Below the pieces are notes generated by a model. It did no database searches. It was not told the DNA's origin and saw only the letters and a program-made list of their open reading frames with translations. A stretch of 64,000 nucleotides of DNA from an uncultured Candidatus Rokubacteria bacterium (lineage in GTDB: Bacteria > Methylomirabilota > Methylomirabilia > Rokubacteriales > DASRDR01): positions 1 to 64,000 of the forward strand of contig CAWGVS010000010.1 of assembly GCA_963826115.1 (NCBI GenBank), read 5' to 3'. Made by a program: the position numbers and the translations under genes. Shown one piece after another: positions 19,717 through 29,970 of the stretch. Every line of letters begins with the position of its first letter. Positions within the stretch are counted from its first letter, which is position 1.

Positions 19717-22410
19717 CTATTCGAGCCGGAAGTTTCGGGTGACGAGGAGCGGGCCCCGATCGCGCCCCACGACCCGCCGGAGCTTGACGGGCCCGAGCGC
19801 CTCGATCGCGGTCCCCGGCGCCGCGCCCTTCACCCCGATCAGGAGGTGCGAGACGAACAGGGCGCCGCGCGGATCGAGCCGCGCGCCCAGCGTCCGGAAG
19901 GCGCGGACCGCGTCGTCGCCGAGCTGCGCCACGCCGTCGTCGCGGATAGCGGCGGCCACGATCCATCCGGGCGGCACGCCGTCGACGAACGTGGCCAGGC
20001 GCGCGCTCTCCGCCCGGTCGGCGAACGTGTCGAACACGTCGCGCCGGTCGACGCGGCCCGACCGCGGGTCCACGACGGCCACGTTGTAGCCCCGGAAGTT
20101 GCGGGCGACCTCCGTCCCGTTGACCTCGATCGAGGCCATCCAGCCGTGCGCCTTTCCCGCGCTGGTCACGACCACATCCGCCGGCGAGTGCACGCCCGTG
20201 CCGCCGATCCGGTAGCGCGGATCCGCCGTCGCGCGGGGCTCGACGCGATAGGTCAGCTCGAGCGTCAGCACGTTGCGGTCGACCCGCGGGTAGGGCGGCG
20301 GGAGCGGGACGTCGAGGTCGACCGGGGCGGCCGACGGGACGAGCTCCAGCAGGTGGCGGCCGTTGAGCTCGACGTCCACCCGGGGCCGGATCTCCGGATC
20401 CTCGCGCGCGAGCGCGACTTCCACGCGGGCGCGCGGGTGCCGGGCGACGAGGTCGGTGGAGAACGTGCGCTCCCAGCGCCGGCTCGTCTCGGGGTCCGGC
20501 GTGAGCGCGAGCGCGACCGAGTCGCCGAACCGGCCGGCCACGCGGAGGCCCGGCGGCGGGGCCTCGACGAGCCGTTCCCAGGCCGTGCGCTCCTCGGGAT
20601 CCGGCAGGCGGTCCAGGTGGACCAGCAGGTACCGCAAGGGATAGATGGTGCGGAGCTCCGCGAGCGAGCGGGAGTCCGGCAGGCGGGCGAGCGCCTCGCG
20701 GACCTCGCCGGTGAACGGGGGGTCGAAGCCGCTCGACCCGTTGACGAGGCGCTTTCCGTGGAGGAGCGACCACATGCCGAGGGTCGCGTCGGGGAGCTCG
20801 GGCCCGGAGGGCCACTCCACGACGGCGAAGTCGCCGGACTGGCCGGCGAGCCATGGATAGACCGGGGGCGGCTGATCCCAGCGGATCACGTCGTACCGAA
20901 GCGGGACGGGCAGGTATTCCACCAGGAGCACCAGGGGGACGATCGCCAGCGCGCGCCGGATCCGGGCGTGTCCGAGGCGGCGCTCGAGCGCGGCCAGCCC
21001 GAACGCGGCGAGAAGCCCGGCGAGCAGCATGACGCTGAAGCCGAGCCGGTGGGTGACGCGGAGCGCGCGGAGCGGGGGAAAGACGTCGTAGAGCCACGCG
21101 TAGAGGCCGACGCCGACGGCCTTGCCGCCCAGATGCATCACGGGCCCGAGCGACAGCAGGACGAAGACGACGGTCAGGAGGCCGAGCAGCGCCGCCCACT
21201 CGCGCGGGTCGAGGCGCGGATCGTCGACGGCGCGCGCCCAGGCCCATCCCTCGAGGGCGAGCCACGCCGCGCCGAGGCCCAACAGGAGCGCGACGGGTCG
21301 CCCGAGCTCGTTCATCCGCAGCCGCACGCCGAACGCCTGGACCTCGCCGCCTCCCGTGACCAGGAAGAGGGCGATCGCGAGGAGCGTGAGGACGAGGGCC
21401 CATCCGACGAGCCGCCTCGCCCATGCGCCGAGCCGCGGGAGCGGGGGTCGCGCCCGCCGCGGAGCGAGCGCGAACGCGGCCACCACCAGCGCGTACGCCG
21501 TGAAGCCCGGGAACATGCCGGGGTGCGTGCCGGACCGGACGATCCGGAGGACCCGGTTCTCGGGGCCGGCGTCCAGGTAGGTGAGGAGGTCGGCGGTCCG
21601 CACGCCGGCGTCGGCGAGGGTCCGCTCGAATCCCATCTCGCGCTGCGCGACCAGGTAGGGCCACGCGACCGGGACGTACGCGACGGCAAGCGCCGCCACG
21701 CCCGCCAGGCCGACGAGGGCGGTGCCGGGACGCCAGCCCCGCGGCCGGAGGAGGAGCACGCCCCCCGTCAGGAGCCCGAGCATGAGGACCAGCGGGATCC
21801 CGAAGTAGATCACGGTCACGAGCTGACACCAGACGAAGACGAGCGCCCAGACGAGGTCGCGCGGACGGCGCCGCTCGAGGAAGCGGGCGAACCCGAAGAG
21901 CCCGAGCGGCATCGCGAACGAGAGCTGCATGTGCGCGAAGTGGTAGTAGCCGGTCCGGATGGGGGACAGCGCGAAGACGATGCCGGCGATCCAGCCCGCC
22001 AGCGCGCTGCCCGTGAGGCGACGGGCGGCGTACTACGCCGCCCAGCCGGCCAGCGCCTGGAACAGGACGACGGTGACGTTGTAGGCGAGGATCGGATTCC
22101 GGCTGACCCAGTACACCGGGGCGAAGGTGACGAGCGCCGGGACCAGCATCGGCTCCGAGAAGGCCAGCGTGAGCCCGTGCGGGTAGAAGATGTGGGCGTC
22201 GAAGAGGGCGCCCGGGGCCTCCACGATCCGCCGGGCCACCCAGCCCATCTCCCACACGAAGTAGTGGACGTCCAGCCACCGGCGGAGGTGGGTGGCCGGG
22301 TGGAGCGCGAGCGGCCACGTGTAGACGAGGACCAGGAGCACGAAGACCAGGTAGATCCCGGCCAGGCGGGCCGGGCTCGTGGCGTCGTCGCGCTGCCCCG
22401 CGCCGTTCAT
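19717..22410 (-). CDS. YfhO/GT-C-like membrane protein with C-terminal ILEI/PANDER-like domain, interrupted by an in-frame TAG at 22033-22035
   Basis: ORFs 22033-22410 and 19717-21930 are in one frame and the 102 nt between them are open. Motifs FYPHGLTLAFSE, HGKRLVNGSSGF, RGYNVAVVDP...FDT...IVAAAIRDD. Confidence 0.8.
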
Positions 22411-22612
22411 GGCTCGTGCGCCCTCGCGCGCGGCCATTGTCCCGCCGGGACCGGTGCGCGGCAAGACGCGGCGGGCGCCCGCCGGCGCGCGCCGGCCACC
22501 GAGTTGACGCGCCGCCGGGAAGATGTTGAGGTTTCCTGGCGTCCCGCAGCCCCACGCGGCCGCAGCTGACGATCACCCGGTGGGAGCCCACCTGGATGGG
22601 AGGGAGGCATCG

Positions 22613-23170
22613 ATGGCGGAGCGGATCATCATACGCATGGGCGAGGCACTCGTGGCCGGCGGGCCGCCGAACACGGCGGCGGAGCCGGAGGTCGTGATCG
22701 GAGCCCTGGACGGCCCGGTGGGCACGGCGATGGCCACCCTCATGGGCGGCCAGGTGAAGGGTCACACGCGCGTGTTCGCGCTCCTCAACACCGATGTCAT
22801 GGTCCGGCCCGCGACCCTCATGGTCAGCAAGGTCACGGTCGGCGGCGCGCAGGCGACCAAGTACACGAACATCCTCATGGGCACCGTGCAGGCGGCGATC
22901 GCCCACGGGGTCCTCGACGCGGTCCGGGTCGGCGACCTGCCGAAGAACCAGGTCAACGAGCTCGGCATCATCTGCGCCGTCTGGCTGGCCCCGGCCATCG
23001 TGGACGTCCAGGATCTCGACCACCGCGTCCTGTTCGACATCCACCGCCGGGGCATGGCGAAGGCGATCGCCAAGGCGATGCGCCACGAGCCGACGATCGA
23101 CTGGCTCCTCGAGAACCAGGACAAGGTGATCCACCGCTACTTCCAGATGGGGCTGGACGGGAAGATCTAG
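22613..23170 (+). CDS. fae: formaldehyde-activating enzyme (Fae) family protein, divergent type
   Basis: GEALV, GPVGTA, RPATLMVSKVTV, GTVQAAIAHGVLDAV, EPTIDWLLEN. RBS GGAGG. Confidence 0.85.
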   Translation: MAERIIIRMGEALVAGGPPNTAAEPEVVIGALDGPVGTAMATLMGGQVKGHTRVFALLNTDVMVRPATLMVSKVTVGGAQATKYTNILMGTVQAAIAHGVLDAVRVGDLPKNQVNELGIICAVWLAPAIVDVQDLDHRVLFDIHRRGMAKAIAKAMRHEPTIDWLLENQDKVIHRYFQMGLDGKI

Positions 23171-23243
23171 CGCGCGACGGGCTCCCGCTGGCTGCCGGCG
23201 ACGGCCAGGCGACCGGCGGGAGCCACTGCGGAGCGACCTGCCG

Positions 23244-23510
23244 CTAGCGCGACCGGAGCCGCGCCTCGAGCCGGTCGCCCTCCTTGAGATCCTGCAGCGG
23301 CTCCTTCGCCGCCTGGAACTCGTGGATCTTGCCGTTGCCTTCCCGGATGGTGACCTTCCCCTGGGCGCGGTCGATCTTGATGACCTGGCCCGACACCGTC
23401 GGCGGTGTGTTCGCCGGGTTCGGTGGGTTGGTCCCCTGCGCGAGCGCCGTGCCGCTCCAGAGAAGCTCGGGGACGACGAGCGCCCCGCCGAGCTGCCGCC
23501 ATGTCTTCAT
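23244..23510 (-). CDS. small exported protein, OB-fold/CusF-like
   Basis: Signal peptide ending ALAQ; VSGQVIKID...KVTIR....HEF......LKEGDRLEARL. RBS GGAGG. Confidence 0.7.
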   Translation of the reverse strand: MKTWRQLGGALVVPELLWSGTALAQGTNPPNPANTPPTVSGQVIKIDRAQGKVTIREGNGKIHEFQAAKEPLQDLKEGDRLEARLRSR

Positions 23511-23559
23511 CTCGCCTCCCGCCCGGGCCTCGCCTGGCTCGGGCCCGCGGCCGGCGAAA

Positions 23560-25143
23560 CTAGCGCGCTCGCTCCCGGTCGATCAGCACGCGGCGCAGGA
23601 TCTTGCCCGACGGCGACTTGGGGATCTGGTCGATGAACACGACCTCCCGGATGCGCTTGTGGGGCGACACGCGCTCGGCCACCCAGGCCATCAGCGCGTC
23701 GCCGCCGGTCGCGCGCGAGGTCTCGTCGGGCTTGAGGACCACGTAGGCCATCGGCACCTCGCCCGCCTCCTCGTCGGCCTTCCGGACCACGGCGGCGTCG
23801 AGGACGGCCGGGTGGGTCACCAGGAGCGCTTCGAGCTCGGCCGGGGCGACCTGGAGCCCCTTGTACTTGATGAGCTCCTTGGTCCGGTCGACGATGTAGA
23901 ACCACTCCTCGTCGTCCACGTAGCCGACGTCGCCGGTGTGGTACCACCCATCGCGGTCGATCGACTCGGCGGTGTCCTGCGGGCGGTTCAGGTAGCCCCG
24001 CATGATCTGCGGGCCGCGGATCAGGAGCTCGCCCGGCTGGCCCGGGCCCACCGGGACGCCGGTGGCGACGTCCACGATCTGCACCTCGGTGTTCGGCACG
24101 ACCTGCCCGATCGATCCCGGCTTGAACGGCGCGTCGACCGTCGGGCTCAGATGCGTGACCGGGCTCGCCTCGGTCATGCCGTAGCCCTGCACGACCGGAC
24201 AGCGGAGCTTCTGGCTGAGGGCGCGGGCGATCTCCTCTCCGAGCGGCGCCGCACCCGAGAAGACGAGGCGGACGCTCGACAGGTCGAACTGGGCGACCGC
24301 CGGGTGCTTCACGAGCCCGAGCACGATGGGCGGGACGAGCGGGAGGACCGTCGCGCGGTGCCGCTGGACGAGGGTCAGGAACTCCATGAGGTCGAAGCGC
24401 GGCATCGTCACGAGCGTGCTGCCGTTGCCGAGCGACAGCTTCATGATGACGACCATGCCGTAGATGTGGAAGAAGGGCAGGGCCGCCATCACCGTGTCGC
24501 GCTCGCCGAAGCACTCGAAGCCCTGCATCCCCTCGCACTGCCGGAGGTTCGCGACCAGGTGCCGGTGGGTCAGCATGACGCCCTTCGGCAGCCCCGTCGT
24601 GCCGCTCGAGTACGGCAGGACCAGGAGGTCGCGGCCCGGGTCGATCGCCACCCGGGGCGGGTCGGGCGGGGCCTCGAGCAGCTCGGCGAGCGAGCGGACG
24701 CCGTCGGCCGCCCCGATGACGAAGATTTCCTCGATACCCGTGCGCGCCGCCGCCTCGCGCGCCCGGTCGAGGACGGCCGGGACCGTGAACAGGAAGCGCG
24801 CCCCGGAGTCCTTGAGCTGGGTGGCGAGCTCGTCGGCGGTGTACGTCGGGTTGACGGTCGTGTTCACCGCGCCCAGCGACGCCACTGCGTGGAACACCAC
24901 GACGTACTCTGGGCAGTTGGGGCTGTAGATCGCCACCACGTCGCCCTTGCGGAGCCCCCGCCGCGCGAGCCCGGTGGCGGCGCGGCGGATGGCGTCCTCG
25001 AGCTGCCGGTACGTCGTCACCCGGCCGCTCGGCCCGTCGATGATGGCCGGCTTGTCGCCGAGCCGGCTCACCTGCCGGAGCATGTACTGGGTGATGGAGA
25101 CGTCGGGCACCGTGACGTCGGCGCTGCGGCTCCTGACGATCAT
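23560..25143 (-). CDS. 4-coumarate--CoA ligase family AMP-binding enzyme
   Basis: YSSGTTGLPKG, LPFFHIYG, QGYGMTE, HTGD, DRTKELIKYKGLQVAPAELE, IPKSPSGKILRR. Confidence 0.93.
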   Translation of the reverse strand: MIVRSRSADVTVPDVSITQYMLRQVSRLGDKPAIIDGPSGRVTTYRQLEDAIRRAATGLARRGLRKGDVVAIYSPNCPEYVVVFHAVASLGAVNTTVNPTYTADELATQLKDSGARFLFTVPAVLDRAREAAARTGIEEIFVIGAADGVRSLAELLEAPPDPPRVAIDPGRDLLVLPYSSGTTGLPKGVMLTHRHLVANLRQCEGMQGFECFGERDTVMAALPFFHIYGMVVIMKLSLGNGSTLVTMPRFDLMEFLTLVQRHRATVLPLVPPIVLGLVKHPAVAQFDLSSVRLVFSGAAPLGEEIARALSQKLRCPVVQGYGMTEASPVTHLSPTVDAPFKPGSIGQVVPNTEVQIVDVATGVPVGPGQPGELLIRGPQIMRGYLNRPQDTAESIDRDGWYHTGDVGYVDDEEWFYIVDRTKELIKYKGLQVAPAELEALLVTHPAVLDAAVVRKADEEAGEVPMAYVVLKPDETSRATGGDALMAWVAERVSPHKRIREVVFIDQIPKSPSGKILRRVLIDRERAR

Positions 25144-25257
25144 GGGGCTCCTCGCGGGGTGAGTCGGGGTGAACCGCTCATCGGATGGGGGGAGCCTAGC
25201 GCCCGCCCTCCGAGGCCGTCAAGCCGGGCCCGCGCCCGGGGCGGCCGCGCCCGCCGG

Positions 25258-25626
25258 CTACGGGCCGGCGTCGATCCAGGCCAGCGCCGCCTCCCGGCCG
25301 TCGGCCTCGAAGGCGCGCACCTCCGCGTTCACGAAGTGGCTCGCGATCCGGGGCGCCGCGGAGAGCAGCGGGCTGTCGGTGACCACCGCGATGCGCCGGA
25401 TCCGCTGATGGTGATCGCGCACGAAGCGGAGGTGCGACACGAGCGCCGCGAAGCTGTCCCAGCCCGGGAACGCCGGCGCCTCGATCATCAGGCCCTTCAG
25501 GTCGCCATGCCGCTCGATGTAGGGGTCGACGGCGGCGGCCAGCGCGGTGAAGTCCTCGGCCCGGAGCGCCCCCTCGGGATGGAGGATCACGATGCCGCGC
25601 TCGGGCATGAGCTCGTGTCGGAGCAT
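25258..25626 (-). CDS. STAS/SEC14 (SpoIIAA-like) domain protein
   Basis: FPGWDSFAALVSHLRFVRDHHQRIRRIAVVTD...ALAWI. Confidence 0.85.
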   Translation of the reverse strand: MLRHELMPERGIVILHPEGALRAEDFTALAAAVDPYIERHGDLKGLMIEAPAFPGWDSFAALVSHLRFVRDHHQRIRRIAVVTDSPLLSAAPRIASHFVNAEVRAFEADGREAALAWIDAGP

Positions 25627-25888
25627 GCCCGGACTCTACCAAGGGACGCGGGAGGCGCCAACGTGGGCGGCGGTCGGGCGTCCGGCGCGGGGGGCCGAGA
25701 ATTCCGTGCAGATCCGGCGGCCGCAGGGTATAGTGGGGACTGTCTGGTTCTGACCTTCGGTTCACCTGCGAGCCCGAGTCCTTCTCAGACCGCGCAACCC
25801 CGCCTCCTCTTCCGCACGGTGGGACGCGACACAAAACATCGCGGAAGACTGGCCGGGCCCAGGTACGCCCCGAAGGGATTCACCCATC

Positions 25889-27130
25889 ATGTCGTTCGAC
25901 ACTTTCCCGCTTCACCCTGACCTCCGCCGCGGCGTCGCGGCTCTCGGATTCGAGACGCCGACGCCGATCCAGCGGGACGCCATCCCCCCGATCCTGGCCG
26001 GCCGCGACGTGCTCGCGTGCGCCATGACCGGGAGCGGCAAGACCGCGGCGTTCCTGCTGCCGGTGCTCCACCGCCTCCTCGAGAAGCCGCGCGGGACCAC
26101 GCGCGTCCTCGTGCTCGCCCCCACGCGCGAGCTGGCGGCCCAGATCGACGAGCACCGCCAGGAGCTCGCGCGCCACACGCGCCTCACCGGCGCCGCCGTG
26201 TTCGGCGGCGTGGGCTACGGCCCGCAGGAGCAGGCGCTCCGACGCGGCTACGACGTCCTGGTCGCCACGCCGGGCCGGCTGCTCGACCACCTCGGGCAGC
26301 CGTACGCGCGGCTCGACGGCCTCGAGGTGCTGGTCCTCGACGAGGCGGACCGCATGCTCGACATGGGCTTCCTGCCCGACATCCGCCGGATCCTCCAGCG
26401 CCTGCCGGCTCGCCGCCAGACGCTCTTCTTCTCGGCGACCATGCCGCCGCCCATCGTGGCCCTCGCCCGGGAGATCCTCCGCGAGCCCGTGACGATCGCG
26501 GTCGAGCGTCCCGCGGCGCCGGCGACGGGGATCACCCACACCGCCTATCCGGTCGCGACCGAGCTCAAGTCGCGCCTCCTCCTGAGCCTCCTCGAGCGGC
26601 CCGGGACCCGGAGCGTCCTCGCCTTCACGCGGACCAAGCACCGCGCGAACCGCCTGGCGGAGTTTCTCGGCCGCCACGGGATCCGCGTGGAGCGAATCCA
26701 CGGGAACCGCAGCCAGGCCCAGCGGACGCAGGCCCTGGCGGGGTTCAAGAGCGGGTTCTACCAGGTGCTGGTGGCGACCGACATCGCGGCGCGCGGCATC
26801 GACATCGACGCCTTGAGCCACGTGGTGAACTTCGACGTCCCGCCGCTCCCCGAGGACTACATCCACCGCGTGGGGCGGACGGCGCGGGCCGAGGCGCGCG
26901 GCGACGCGCTCACCCTGGTGGCCCCGGGCGAGGAGGCGGATCTCCGCACCATCGAGCGGGCCATCGGCACCCGGATCCCCCGGGAGACGCTGCCCGGCTT
27001 CGACTACGCGCAGCGACAGGCCGAGCGCCTCGAGATCCCGCTGGCCGACCGGCTCGCGGCGATGCGGGCCCAGCGCGCGGCGGGCCGCCGGCGCGGACGA
27101 CCCGAGGCCGCCGGCGCCCCGCGGCGGTAG
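25889..27130 (+). CDS. DEAD-box RNA helicase (RhlE-like)
   Basis: Q motif PTPIQ, TGSGKT, PTRELA, DEAD, SAT, ARGID, HRVGRTAR. Confidence 0.95.
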   Translation: MSFDTFPLHPDLRRGVAALGFETPTPIQRDAIPPILAGRDVLACAMTGSGKTAAFLLPVLHRLLEKPRGTTRVLVLAPTRELAAQIDEHRQELARHTRLTGAAVFGGVGYGPQEQALRRGYDVLVATPGRLLDHLGQPYARLDGLEVLVLDEADRMLDMGFLPDIRRILQRLPARRQTLFFSATMPPPIVALAREILREPVTIAVERPAAPATGITHTAYPVATELKSRLLLSLLERPGTRSVLAFTRTKHRANRLAEFLGRHGIRVERIHGNRSQAQRTQALAGFKSGFYQVLVATDIAARGIDIDALSHVVNFDVPPLPEDYIHRVGRTARAEARGDALTLVAPGEEADLRTIERAIGTRIPRETLPGFDYAQRQAERLEIPLADRLAAMRAQRAAGRRRGRPEAAGAPRR

Positions 27131-27141
27131 ACTGGGCCGCG

Positions 27142-27684
27142 ATGGCGCCAGGCGCCTCGCGGCTCTACGAGCTTCGTCTCCCGGGTCTCGCCGATCCGCG
27201 GATCCGCGACGCGGTGCTGACCGTGCTCGGACGGTGGGCGCCGGCGCCCGCCGATCCGGGCCGGGGGGACACGCTTAGCCGCTCCGGCCTGGTCCTCCGG
27301 CTGTCCCTGGAGGACGCCGAGGCGGTGGCGCTCCTGCGCGACCTCTACGCGACCGGGGTGCTGCCGGCCTCCGTGGTCCTCCGCCCGCGCGACGTCGGAT
27401 CGCCGCGCGAGCGGGCGGAGGCCGAGCCCACGTTCGCCATGTTCGCGAGCCGCGGCGGGGCGTTCGTGCCCACGTGGAACTGGCGCGCGTTCGTCTTCGG
27501 CCCGCTCTGGTATCTCCGGCGGGGGCTCTACGCGAAGGGGCTCGTGCTGCTGGGGCTGAGCGTGTGCCCGCTCTTCGGGCTCCTCTTCACCGTCGTCCTG
27601 TCCGGCGCGGTCCTCGTCTACTGCGGCGCCGTCGGGAACTGGGACGACTACCTGTGGAAGGTGAAGGGCACCCAGTGGTGGTGA
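27142..27684 (+). CDS. DUF2628 domain membrane protein
   Basis: C-terminal TWNWRAFVFGPLWYLRRGLY followed by TM helices. Confidence 0.7.
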   Translation: MAPGASRLYELRLPGLADPRIRDAVLTVLGRWAPAPADPGRGDTLSRSGLVLRLSLEDAEAVALLRDLYATGVLPASVVLRPRDVGSPRERAEAEPTFAMFASRGGAFVPTWNWRAFVFGPLWYLRRGLYAKGLVLLGLSVCPLFGLLFTVVLSGAVLVYCGAVGNWDDYLWKVKGTQWW

Positions 27685-27694
27685 CGCCCGGGCG

Positions 27695-28711
27695 CTAGCC
27701 GGAGCGCGCCGGCTCGCGCGGCCCGTCCGCCGGCGCGCCGGCGCCGGGCGCCCGCGGGCCGCGCATGACGGCGAGGCACGCGTACCCGAGGAGGATCCAG
27801 ACGCCCTCCCGGAAGCGCCGCGCCACCCCGAAGGCGAGCCCGGTGCTCGAGCCGAGCCCGAGCATCGCGAAGATGCCGACGATGCCGCCCTCGAGCACGC
27901 CGATAGACCCGGGGATCAGGAATCCGACCGCGCGTACCCCGGTCGCGCCCGCCTCGATGACGAGCGCGGTCATGAGCGAGACGGGCGAGTCCAGCAGGAA
28001 GAGCATGAGCCAGGTCTCGAGGGCGCCCGCCGCCCAGCCGACCACGCTCAGGGCCACGACCCCCGCCGCCGCGGCTCGCCGATCCCGGTAGTACCAGCGG
28101 AGGTCGGCGTCGAGGCGCTCGGCGCCCTCCGCGACGCGATCGCCGAGGCCCATCCACCGGAGGGCCCGGCCCCCCATCCGGAACATGCCACGGACCTGCG
28201 CCCACACGAAGCCCGCCGTGGAGAGCGCCATGTAGAGCGCCAGCAGGGCGAGGACGGAGAGCATCGCCGACGACGTGCTGCCGAGCGCCCAGGCGAGCGC
28301 GACCGCGCAGGCGATGAACGCCGCGAGGGACGCGACCAGGGCGCTCTTGGCCACCACCACCGACACGAGCCCCTCCTCGAGGGGCACGCCGTTGGCGGTG
28401 CCGGCGCGGACCAGGAGGAACGCCTTCAACGCATCCCCGCCCATCGTGCCGGTCGGCGTGGTCTCGTTCACCGCCTCGCCCGCGAGCCGGATCGGGAACA
28501 GCAGCCAGAACCGCGGCCGCCGGCGGGGGAACGCGAGCCGCCAGGCCTCCGTCTTGAAGAGGTTCGTGACGAGCTGGGGCACGAGGATCAGCGGAAGCCG
28601 CCACGACAGCTTCCGGAGCTCGGCGACGAGCGTCGACGGGCCGATCTCCCAGACGAGCGCGGCCACGATCAGCACGCCCGCCGCGACGGCGAGCGGGCGC
28701 AGCCACCTCAC
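27695..28711 (-). CDS. lysylphosphatidylglycerol-synthase-like TM (flippase-like) protein
   Basis: IRLAGEAVNETTPTGTMGGD..K, IPGSIGVLEGG, RRFRE; multiple TM segments. Confidence 0.85.
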   Translation of the reverse strand: MRWLRPLAVAAGVLIVAALVWEIGPSTLVAELRKLSWRLPLILVPQLVTNLFKTEAWRLAFPRRRPRFWLLFPIRLAGEAVNETTPTGTMGGDALKAFLLVRAGTANGVPLEEGLVSVVVAKSALVASLAAFIACAVALAWALGSTSSAMLSVLALLALYMALSTAGFVWAQVRGMFRMGGRALRWMGLGDRVAEGAERLDADLRWYYRDRRAAAAGVVALSVVGWAAGALETWLMLFLLDSPVSLMTALVIEAGATGVRAVGFLIPGSIGVLEGGIVGIFAMLGLGSSTGLAFGVARRFREGVWILLGYACLAVMRGPRAPGAGAPADGPREPARSG

Positions 28712-28990
28712 GGGCCGGGCGCGGCGGCGGTGGTGAGCGAGGCCTCGCGTGGGATGGGAGCGATCGGCTGGCAGCTCACCGCCCGCGCATTGTACCGCGA
28801 GGGTCGCGGGTCTGCCACGCGCCGGCCGTCGCCGGCGACCCCGCGCGGGCGCCCTGCGCGCGTTCGGGCCGTGTCACCTTCCCGCGCTCCGTTCGGGAGG
28901 ATGTTTTTTCGAGGGGATGCACGCGGGTCAGTGCTAACACGGACATGTCCCCGATCTCTACGCACACCCCAACCATGCAAGGAGCGCCCC

Positions 28991-29812
28991 GTGAGGCGAG
29001 CTTCGTTGACCCTTGTCGCATCGGCCACCATGACCCTCGGGGTCGGCTGCAGCGACATCGAGAAGCTGACGAACTCCAAGAGCGAGAACGAGGCCCAGGC
29101 CAGCCGGGTCACCCTCGGCGCCGACGCGACCACGATCCCGCCGGGCGGGTCGACCACCGTCCACGTCCGGGTCACCGGCGCCGACGGCGGCGCCGTCCCG
29201 AACGGCACCCGCATCGAGATGACCGCCCGCCTGGGCCGGATCGAGCCGGCCGAGGTGCGGACGAACGGCGGGGCCGCCGACGTGGGCTACCACGCGGGCA
29301 GCAAGCAGGGCGACGAGGTGGTGACCGCGGCCGTGGGCGACGCCCGCGCCGAGCTGCCGCTCTCCGTGTCGAGCGGCCCCCCGGCGTCCGCGTCCAGCTT
29401 CTCGGGCGGCGGCGACCTGGATCTGCGCCAGGTCACGTGGCTGGACGTCGACGTGTCGGGCTGGTCGGAGACGTCGCGGATCACGAACGCGTTCATCGGC
29501 GACCCGCCGATCTGCTTCCACCACACGAAGGCCGGGCAGTGGCCGGTCAAGGACGGCGCGGAGGGCAACCCCTGGATCTTCGTCAAGATGAACGGGCGGT
29601 GGTACGGGGCCACGTTCGAGTGGCTGTCCCCGGGTCAGCAGTGCAAGGGCCTCACCCGCGATTCCATCGGCCCGCACATCGGGCGCTCGCCGCTCTCCGG
29701 GTGGAAGCCCAAGTCGGGGGAGCTGGTGGGCCTGATGGTCTCGGCGCGGGCCCGATCGGGGTCGGACACCGTCCGCGAGCGCAGCAACGTCGTGATGGTC
29801 CGCTGGCCCTGA
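28991..29812 (+). CDS. lipoprotein with Ig-like (invasin/Big-1-like) domain and unknown C-terminal domain
   Basis: Lipobox LGVGC; TIPPGGSTTVHVRVTGADGGAVPNGTRI...LG. AAGGAG RBS. Confidence 0.75.
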   Translation: MRRASLTLVASATMTLGVGCSDIEKLTNSKSENEAQASRVTLGADATTIPPGGSTTVHVRVTGADGGAVPNGTRIEMTARLGRIEPAEVRTNGGAADVGYHAGSKQGDEVVTAAVGDARAELPLSVSSGPPASASSFSGGGDLDLRQVTWLDVDVSGWSETSRITNAFIGDPPICFHHTKAGQWPVKDGAEGNPWIFVKMNGRWYGATFEWLSPGQQCKGLTRDSIGPHIGRSPLSGWKPKSGELVGLMVSARARSGSDTVRERSNVVMVRWP

Positions 29813-29970
29813 GCCGCCCGACTCTCCGCCCACCGGGTCCGGGGCCCGCCCGGGCCCGGCGGGCGGGCGCCAGGGCGCCGCTTGACGGTGAGCGGCCGGG
29901 CAGGAGAGGATACCGCGGCCGAGAGAGCGCTCTCTCCGCCGCATTTCCGATCCCACAGGAGGACTCAACG

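Noticed and set aside
19708-19725. 9-bp tandem duplication CTATTCGAG at a gene end as an insertion footprint
   Set aside because: It is too short and no element is associated with it; it merely duplicates the stop codon region.
22033-22035. Pyrrolysine read-through at the TAG
   Set aside because: The protein is not a methylamine methyltransferase, the codon is in a TM region where Tyr fits, and no pyl genes are in view.
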